Of a DNA stretch of 64,000 bases, positions 55,975-64,000 are shown piece by piece. Origin of the DNA: an uncultured Planctomycetaceae bacterium (GTDB lineage: Bacteria; Planctomycetota; Planctomycetia; Planctomycetales; Planctomycetaceae); the NCBI GenBank assembly GCA_963813715.1, contig CAWFAK010000015.1, positions 1-64,000 of the forward strand, given 5' to 3'. Numbering within the stretch: the first letter of the stretch is position 1; each line of letters begins with the position of its first letter. A model generated the notes under the pieces. The model did no database searches. It was given only the letters and a program-made list of their open reading frames with translations, and was not told the DNA's origin. Both the position numbers and the translations under genes were made by a program.

Positions 55975-58578
55975 ATGCATTCGGAAGCATTTTGTGGGCG
56001 ACGTCGGTCGCTCGTTTGGCAGAACGTTGGCCTGGCGTTGGTCGCAACGGCCGTTCTCGTCGCCGCCGGCTTCCCCAACCGCGCAGTGGCAAATCCGGAT
56101 CCCCCGCCGCCAACCGCCGAGACCGCGAAGAAGACCGCCCCGCACGCACCGCGGCACACCAATCGATCTGGCGCGCGAGACCAGTCCATACCTGTTGCTA
56201 CACGCACACAATCCGGTCGACTGGTATCCCTGGTCCCCCGAGGTCTTCGAGAAGGCCAAGCGGGAAGGCAAGCCGATCTTTGTGTCCATCGGCTACAGCA
56301 GCTGCCACTGGTGCCACGTGATGGAGCGGCAAGTCTTCGAGAACGAAGACATTGCCCGGGTGATGAATGAGAACTTCATCAACGTGAAGGTCGACCGCGA
56401 AGAACGTCCCGACGTCGACGACGTCTACATGAGCGCATATCTCGTCTACGCGCAAGCCGTCGGCTCCGGAGATTCCGGCGGCTGGCCTCTCTCGATGTTC
56501 CTCACTCCGGACGGCAAGCCGTTCGCGGGTGGCACCTACTTTCCGCCGCAGGATCGGCCCGGGCCAGACCGGATTCCCGACCGTCCTGTCCCGCGTGCTG
56601 AACGCCTGGAAGAGCGACCGCGGCGAGCGTCGAAAAGAACGCCGAGCTGATCGCCGGCTCCGTGCGGCGGCTGACGCGGGCGGGTTTCGACGCAGCCCCG
56701 GTGAAGCTCGATCGCGGGCTGGTGACGGCGACCATCAAGTCGCTGATCGAATCGCGCGATCCCGAGTTCGGCGGCATCGACTTCGATCCGCACGAAGCCA
56801 ACGCCCCCAAAGTTTCCCGAGCCGGCCAAGCTCGAGCTGCTGGAGTTCGCGGCCGCGCATGCCAACGATCAGCAGGCCGACGCCGTTGTGACCAATACGC
56901 TCGATCACATCGCGGCGGGGGGCATCGTCGATCATCTGGCGGGTGGTTTCCACCGTTACAGCACCGACCGCCGCTGGCACGTCCCGCACTTCGAAAAGAT
57001 GCTCTACGACCAAGCCCAGCTGGCCGAGTTCTTCGCCCAGGTCTATCACCGGACGGGCAAACAGGAATACCGCCGCACCGCCGAGCGGGCCTTCGCCTTC
57101 GTGCTCAAGGAGATGTCGGATCCGGCCGGCGGATTTATCTCGTCACTCGACGCGCAGACCGACGGCGTCGAAGGCGTCTATTACGTCTGGACGCCCACGG
57201 AAGTCGACGCCGTGCTCGGGGCGCGGGACGGAGTCCTCTTTCGGCGGGCCTTCGGCCTCGACGAGCCCAAGGAATTCGAGGCGGGATTCGTGCTGCGGCG
57301 GACGACGACTGCCGAAACGCTCGGTCACGATCTGCACGTTGCGCCGGAAGCCGTCGAAGCCCGACTGAACGATGCGCGGAGCCACTTGCTACTCAATCGA
57401 CAGACCCGTCGGCCCGTGGCGCGGGACGATAAAGTGCTCGCCGCCTGGAATGGGTTGATGATTCCGCGCTGGCCCGCAGCAGTCAGCTGCTGTCGAACGA
57501 CGCGTATCTGCACGCGGCTGAAAAGGCGGCCAACTTCGTGCTCGATCGGATGCGCGGCCCGCGCGGCGAATTGTTGCGGACCTATCGGACCGGACAGGCG
57601 AAAATTCCGGCGTACCTGGAAGACTATGCCTACGTGTCGGAAGGGCTGTTGGCCCTGTTTGCCGCCACGCACGAGCCGCGCTGGCAGCAGGCGGCCCGCG
57701 CACTGACCGACGAACAAATCCGCCTCTTCTGGGACGAACAGTCGAAAGGATTTTATTTCACCTCGAAGGATCACGAGGCCCTGATTGCCCGCACCCGCAA
57801 CGCCTTCGACGCGGTGCTCCCCTCGGCCAACGCGGTCAGCGTCCGCAATCTGGTGCGGCTGGCTTCGCTCTGCGGCGAGCCCCACTACCGCGACTTGGCA
57901 CGACAAACATTGGAAGCCTTCGCTCCGGCGCTCGCCCGGGCGCCGCGCTCCCTTCCGGTGACGGCGCTGGCACTCGCCGAATACCTCGATAATCCCGACT
58001 TCGGCCGCACGCACGCCCGCTCGAAGGCCGACGCCAATCTCGAAGAGACGGCCGTCCTGCAAGCCTCGAGTGACGACGGGCCGCCGCCCACCTCGGTGCC
58101 CGGCAGCCGCAACGCGACGGTGACGGCCAAGGTCTATCTCTCGGTCGATCAGCTGCCGCCGGCGGGAACCTGCCGGTTCGTGGTTTACGTCACGATCAAG
58201 GACGGCTGGCACATCAACACCAGCCAAGTCGAAGAAGACTGGCAGGTGCCGACTGAGCTGACGGTCGCCTCGACGCAAGGAGTGACGATCTCGAAACTGA
58301 ACTTCGTCACCCGCGGCAAGCCGACGCAACTTCCCGGCATGCAGAAGCCCCTCACCGTCTACGAGCGCGGAGCCGAAATCCGGGGCGTGCTGGCGATTCC
58401 GCTGGAAGCGGCGGGTAAAGTGGACAACCTGCAGTTCCTGCTCAAATATCAGGCCTGCAACGCTAAGGGCGAATGCTTGCCCCCCGCGAAAGTCAAACTG
58501 GCGGGCAAACTGCATATCGCCAGCGACCTGCATTCCGTGCACGCGGCCAATCCCAATCTCTTCCCGAAACTGCGGTAA
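55975..58578 (+). CDS. YyaL/SPATA20-like thioredoxin-domain (DUF255) protein with signal peptide and C-terminal DsbD-N-like domain (frameshifted)
   Basis: [48 protein letters not shown] and [11 protein letters not shown]-terminal GWHIN...YQACN...CLPP. Confidence 0.9.
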
Positions 58579-58632
58579 CCGCCGCCGCAGGCGATCGGCC
58601 TGGGGGACAGCCCGCGACGAACACGCTCGGCC

Positions 58633-59630
58633 ATGCGACCCGTCATCCGCTGGATGCGCAAACACCGCCGACTCACGATCGGCCTGGCGGCGTTGCTGGC
58701 GCTTGTAGCGGTCAATGTCGTGGCGTTCAATCAAGCCTGGTCGATGACGCATTTCGCGGCGTCGGGAACTCGCACGTCGCGACCGGAAGAACTGGGCTTT
58801 CTCGACAAAGTGCAGGTCGGCCTGATCGGCGTACGGCTGCCCAAGCCGGCTAACGCGATCGACCCCAGTCACGTGGGGCTCGCGTTCGAGACGGTTCGCT
58901 TCGGCGGATCCTCGGGAGCCGAGCTGGAGGGCTGGTTTGTCCCGCACGTCGAACCCAAAGGCATCGTGCTCTTCGCGCATGGTTACGGCGCGTCGAAGAG
59001 CAGCTTGCTGAACGAGGCGGCCGCCATTCATCGGCTCGGGTATGCGATCTTCCTCGTCGACTTTCATGGCAGCGGCGGATCGGAGGGACGCGTCACCTCG
59101 ATCGGCGTCCGCGAAGCCGATGATGTCGCCGACGCGGTTGCTTGGGCGAGCGGCCCGGCAGCCGGGCCGGCCGCTGATTCTCTACGGCCAGTCGATGGGC
59201 AGCGCGGCCATCCTGCGGGCGATCGCCGTTCTCGGAATCGAACCGTCTGCCGTGATCGTCGAATGCCCGTTCGATCGACTGCTCTCGACGGCGGAGAATC
59301 GATTTCGCTCGATGGGGCTGCCGTCGTTCCCCGCCGCGCAGCTGCTGATCTTTTGGGGCGGCGTGCAACTGGGCTTTAACGGCTTCCGACACAATCCGGC
59401 CGACTACGCCTGCTCGGTGCGCTGCCCCGTGCTGTTCTTGCATGGCGCAGGATCACCGCGTGACGCCGGAGCAAGCGCGGTCAGTGTTTGACAACCTGGC
59501 GGGGCAAAAAGCCTTCGTGACCTTCCCGACCGCGGGACATGAATCGCTGTTGGCCAACGACGCCGAGCTTTGGACCAAATCGGTCTCGCACTTCCTCGCG
59601 GAGCTTCCGGAGGCGACCGGTCGCCGGTAG
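58633..59630 (+). CDS. Alpha/beta hydrolase with N-terminal TM segment (frameshifted)
   Basis: AHGYG, DFHGSGGS, GQSMG nucleophile elbow, HG.QD and AGHE. Confidence 0.88.
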
Positions 59631-59652
59631 TCGTCTCGCAGTGAGGCCCGAA

Positions 59653-61241
59653 TCACCAGCCCGTGTGAAACAGATTCCAGCCGCTCTGAAAGACGAGCGT
59701 GTGCAGCCAGATCTCCGACGTGGCGATCATCACGCCCAGAGCCCAGGATGCCGACGCTCCAGGCCATTGCGTGGCGGCGGGGCGCGAGCAGCGAAATGGC
59801 GTAAGAGGCGACGATCGCGAAAGGCACGAGCGTGCCGCACATCAAGCGTCCGCAAACGAAGCCCGGGAAAGAAAACAGTGGTGAGGCGGTCCCCATCTTG
59901 CCGAAGTCGATGGCCACCGAGGAGAGCGCCAAGAACGCGACCGAAGCCCAAAAGGCCGCCAGGCCGAACAGCAGGAAAGCCCGCTGCCGGGTATCGCGGG
60001 TGCGCCAGAGGCCGATCGTTGCAGTGGCGAGCAGAAGCAGCGTGCCGCACGCGTAGACACAGTCGACGAAGTAATTCGCGATCGGCTTGCGGTACCAGGT
60101 GATTTCGCCCCGCCAGTAGCTGGCACTCAGTTCGAACCAAAAATCCTTCACGCCCGATAGGCTGAAGAGGGGGTGCGAGAACCACTGGGCGAATGGCTTC
60201 TGGCTGAAGCCGAGCTCGGCCAGCTTGGCCGCGGAGCCGGTAAAGTTGCCCAGCGTAAGCTTGTTCCAAAACAGCCAGGCCGGCAATGGCGATACACAGA
60301 CGACGAACGTTAATGCCGCAGCCATCGGTCGTCGTAAGACACCGGGCGAGGACACCTCCGACGATGTCTGCGGCTTCCGCAGAACGATCCACGCGACAGC
60401 TACGAGCGTGACGGCAATCAGCGGGAGGTTGGTCATCTTGGTGAGACCGGTCGCCGCCACGCCCAGGCCAGTGAGCGCTGCCGCTTTAATCGCGGGACGC
60501 TTTGGATTCATCCAGCGGACGAGCCCCAGGCAGACGAGCCCAAACGACAACGGTGAGAGCACGTCGTCGTTGATGCCGTACAGCACGTCCTGTGGGATGA
60601 TGGCCAACAGCGCGGGCGTGCCGATTTTCAGGAACGGGCTGCCGGGAAACAGATCCCGCGCGACTGACGTAGCCCAGCCAGACCGTCGCGGGCAGCACGA
60701 GCGCATTCAAGAAGCGCACCCAGTAGAACATGTCCGCGTCCGGCACCCGGATGAGCTCTCCCAGCGCCAGCCAGGCTCCTGCCAGCGAGTAATAGAGCGG
60801 CGGTTCCAGCATCTCGTGGTTGTGCTCGATCTTGGCCAGCTCGAGGTTGGCTTTGATCTGCGCTTCGAGCGACGGGCGAACGATCTGTTGCGGCTGCAGA
60901 TAGACGTCGGGCGTGACGAGGAATTCGGGGGACCAATTGTCGGTCCAGCGACGCAGTTCCTTGGCGTGCGGGCCGAGCGCGCGAGGGACGACACCGCGCG
61001 AATAGAAGATGGCGACGTCGAAGTGGTTTCCCTCGTCCATGTTGTTGTTGACGGGGAACGCGGCGCAGAAGACCAGCACGCGGATCGCCGCAAACGTCGC
61101 CAGCGCAGCGACGATCAGCATTTCGGACCGGCGGGCCGGGCCGGTCACGGCGGGAGGCTCAGTCGCGGTGGGAGGGCCACTCGCAGTGGAGGGGGCCGTC
61201 ACGAGGGAAGGGTCGGCGGACATCTCTTCGATTCTGCGCAC
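59653..61241 (-). CDS. Multi-pass membrane protein, probable GT-C type glycosyltransferase (frameshifted)
   Basis: NNMDEGNH, EPPLYY, INDD and LTKMT; many TM helices. Confidence 0.65.
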
Positions 61242-61273
61242 GCCGTCCGCTCGCTGTCGATCATCGGCCGGCT

Positions 61274-62374
61274 TCAGAACTTCGTCAGCATCAAATGCAT
61301 TTCGTCGGCCTGATCCTTGGTCATCTTGTACTTTTCGTAGACCGGCTGCAGTTGCTTGAGGAGCTTGATGAAATCGTTTTCGGGAAAGCCGACGACGTAA
61401 TGGCCGATGACCGCACGCACGAGCCGGCGGACAGTGACGAAGTTATTCAGTACGCGGAAATAGCGCCGCTGATCGTCCCCCAGCCGCGCCCGAAAGGAGT
61501 CCGTAATTCCCGACGGTGTGGTTTCGGTGCGGCCGACGCGGCAGCGGACGGTGAACAGATCGTCGCGGGCGGTGAGCGACTTCAGCGATAAGTGCCAGGC
61601 CTTTTCGCACAAGAGGTAGTTGCGTCCGTGGCCCGTCATCACGTTCGAGAGCGACAGATCGAGCTGGGCCGCCATGTAGCCCAGCTGATGATTGGCGATG
61701 GCCGGATGCGTGGCCGCCATGTCGACATGAGAGCGCGGGGTCGAACCGCCAACGGCCAGCGTCAGCAGCACGAGCCGTTTGTCGGCCGCCATCAGCGCGG
61801 CCGCCGGGACGATCGTGGCCGGCACGCGGAATTCGAGCTGATCGGAGTCGGTGTTCAGGCGAAACAGGACCTGTTCGACCGGCCCGTCCTCCAAACGAAA
61901 GGTTGCCGACTTGAGGTGCAGGACCTTGACTGGTTTCTCGGGAAACGATCGCAGCAGAATTCCGCCGACATAATCGTCGTTGAAAGCGTCGTCGAACGAA
62001 GCGACCTGGAAGTTGACGTTGTAGCGGTCCTCGATCGATCGTAGCGTCGACCCGTCGCCAAACTGCTCGCCCTCGAAGTGCGGATTGACGACATCCTTGA
62101 TCCGCCGGGCGAAATCGGGCTCTTCGGGACGTTTGTCACCGCGCGGGACGGTCTTCGGATCGGGCTTCTGAGCTTTGGCAGGGTCCGACTTGGTTGTATC
62201 CGACTTGGCAGCGAGGGGTTTAGCGGGGTTGGGTTTGGCGGCGTCAGCCTTTGCTGAAGCCGGCTGATCGGCTCCCGGTTCTTCGGCCCGCAGCGCCTTC
62301 GCGATCCACACGCTCCCCCAACACGCGGTGATCAGAGCAAGGCACAGAGCAGTTTTCGTCAGTCGCGTGGACAT
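61274..62374 (-). CDS. Secreted hypothetical protein
   Basis: Signal peptide, Pro/Lys/Ala-rich linker, globular C-terminus; clean 366-aa ORF. Confidence 0.7.
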   Translation of the reverse strand: MSTRLTKTALCLALITACWGSVWIAKALRAEEPGADQPASAKADAAKPNPAKPLAAKSDTTKSDPAKAQKPDPKTVPRGDKRPEEPDFARRIKDVVNPHFEGEQFGDGSTLRSIEDRYNVNFQVASFDDAFNDDYVGGILLRSFPEKPVKVLHLKSATFRLEDGPVEQVLFRLNTDSDQLEFRVPATIVPAAALMAADKRLVLLTLAVGGSTPRSHVDMAATHPAIANHQLGYMAAQLDLSLSNVMTGHGRNYLLCEKAWHLSLKSLTARDDLFTVRCRVGRTETTPSGITDSFRARLGDDQRRYFRVLNNFVTVRRLVRAVIGHYVVGFPENDFIKLLKQLQPVYEKYKMTKDQADEMHLMLTKF

Positions 62375-62472
62375 GAGCGAGACTCCGTTGCTGCCACCAT
62401 CGAACTCTCACGCGGGCTTTTGGAAGCCCGCGGCCCGACCGGCCGAATCTGGCGATATTCTAGCACCGCATT

Positions 62473-62916
62473 CTAGCACTGCCGCCCCGCGCAATCATCA
62501 ATCATTTGCGGCGACGTGGGCGAGATCGTGCCGTCGGAGGGTTTCCTACACTCGCCGCACGGCTCAAACGCCGACGAAATCAGCTCCTGCAAGATCGTGT
62601 CGATCCGCCGGACGAGCGATTGGCGAAAATCGGGTTTTGGGCGTCCGAGCAGCATCGCCAGCCGCACGCTCTCGAGTTCCTGGATCGAGAAGACGTACGA
62701 GTCACACGTGTGGTCGGCGATGTAATACGCCGCGACGATGTCGAGCGGCTCCAAATGGCCGTCACCTAGTGTTGTCCGCAGATCGGCCACGCGTGCCGCA
62801 CATTGCGAGTGGTCCCTTCTGACGTAGCGATAGCGCTCGGTCGTCTCGGCCCGGCGGACGGCCGGCTTGGGCAACGGCAGCGGAAAGATGCCCGTGAACG
62901 GGTTCCACTCGCTCAT
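62473..62916 (-). CDS. Hypothetical protein, possibly leaderless
   Basis: TAGCAT-N6-ATG; clean 147-aa ORF. Confidence 0.5.
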   Translation of the reverse strand: MSEWNPFTGIFPLPLPKPAVRRAETTERYRYVRRDHSQCAARVADLRTTLGDGHLEPLDIVAAYYIADHTCDSYVFSIQELESVRLAMLLGRPKPDFRQSLVRRIDTILQELISSAFEPCGECRKPSDGTISPTSPQMIDDCAGRQC

Positions 62917-63345
62917 GCCTCCATGCTACGCCGGGCGCGAGCGATTTCACCGGAAGGGGTCTGCGGGGGGACTTCGAGGCCACCGTCACGCTTCCTCACA
63001 GCGCACCGAGGCCCGACCGGCCAAAAATGCCGGAAAGTGCGCGACCAATTTCTGCTCGTCAAATGGCTGTTTCGCGGCGGGCGTCCGCACGCCCTAAATC
63101 GGCACGAATTGCCGAAAGCCAGTCGCCACGAGGGCTTGTACCGCGCGTGTTTTTGCGGTCCGGCGGCGAAAAACCCTCTTATCGGCATTCGAACCCTCGG
63201 ACTTGACCAAAAAAAATAATTCCGATAAACAACCGCCTCACGCGGCGGGGTTCGCGGGCCTCAACTGCAAGCCCCCGCTGTGAGTGTCCCGTCACTCTCA
63301 CATCTGCCTCTCTCTAATCAATTCGTCTCTCGTAGGAAGGTGCAC

Positions 63346-64000
63346 ATGTCTAAGAACATGTCTCGCGTCGTCCCGTTTTTGGGCGCGCTCGGACTGCTCA
63401 CCCAGGCAGTCCCCGCCAACGCTCAGGGATGGGGCAACCAATGCTGCAATCCCTGCCCCACCTGCTGTGCCGTGCAGACCTGCATGCAACCGGTCAGCGT
63501 CCCCTGCTATCGCCAGGTGCCCGTCACCCACTATGAACCGTACGAGCAGACGGTCATGAAGCCGATCTGCCGCACCGAATACATCGAGCAGCCCGTGACG
63601 GTTTGCAAGCCGGTCTGCGAACAGCGGGTCGCTGAAGTTCCTGAGTGCACGTATCACCCGGTGACCGAGTTCTATCCGCAGACCCGGGACATGGGCGGCT
63701 ACCAGACCTTCTGCCACTGCTGCCCGCGGATGTCTCCCTGCCAGTACGATTCCAACCCCGGCCTCTTCGGCTGGCTGAACCGGACCGGCTACGAGATGCG
63801 GATGGCCTTCACGCCGCAATACACGTACGAGCGCCGCTGGGTGCCCAACGTCATTACCACGCAGGTCCCCGTGACCCGTCAGGTCGCCGTGCAGAGCGTG
63901 CGTCGCGTGACCTACAACGTCACCCGCATGCAGACCGAAATCGAACACCGCCGCGTGGCGATCAACCGGGTCGACATGGTGCCCGAGAGGATCGTCCTGC
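63346..64000 (+). CDS. Secreted Cys/Val/Pro/Thr-rich planctomycete-type protein (runs off window end)
   Basis: AGGAAGG RBS; signal MSKNMSRVVPFLGALGLLTQAVPANA, then QCCNPCPTCC...CYRQVPVTHYEP; open to 64000. Confidence 0.8.
   Translation, partial: MSKNMSRVVPFLGALGLLTQAVPANAQGWGNQCCNPCPTCCAVQTCMQPVSVPCYRQVPVTHYEPYEQTVMKPICRTEYIEQPVTVCKPVCEQRVAEVPECTYHPVTEFYPQTRDMGGYQTFCHCCPRMSPCQYDSNPGLFGWLNRTGYEMRMAFTPQYTYERRWVPNVITTQVPVTRQVAVQSVRRVTYNVTRMQTEIEHRRVAINRVDMVPERIVL

Noticed and set aside
63181..63200. GGCATTCGAACCCTCGG as a tRNA fragment or att site
   Set aside because: Only a short T-loop-like match, on the wrong side of the tRNA relative to the integrase, with no cloverleaf.

Overview
GC-rich bacterial DNA with a typical Planctomycetota gene repertoire (DUF1559 prepilin-like proteins, Hanks kinase-LRR proteins, FHA proteins, a Cys-rich secreted protein). 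Many genes, including core ones (thrC, tatC, cheA), are broken by single-base frameshifts, most likely uncorrected long-read indels. I joined the pieces by eye, so some gene ends are approximate. The left half (1 to ~31.6 kb) looks accessory. It holds two convergent LRR genes (one a full Ser/Thr kinase-TM-LRR), two FHA genes, a PilZ-like gene, and a complete chemosensory operon headed by a Ser/Thr kinase-REC-REC fusion and bracketed by a ~75-bp direct repeat. It ends in an integrative element (AAA ATPase, HTH excisionase, tyrosine integrase) abutting the 3' end of tRNA-Ser(GGA). The element carries the most notable feature: a compact ubiquitin-like conjugation operon of Ubl (ending -KIEGA), an E2-like protein fused to 10 CxxC motifs, a JAB protease and an E1/ThiF enzyme. 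The right half is mostly core-like: Zn-ADH, dcd, PAS histidine kinase, thrC, two Cys-rich DUF1559+partner modules, tatC, a PhyH / ArsI-fusion / ArsR cluster, PAP2, MoxR, a structured repeat patch, a YyaL-like protein, a hydrolase and membrane proteins. All family assignments come from motif recognition by eye; no database searches were run.
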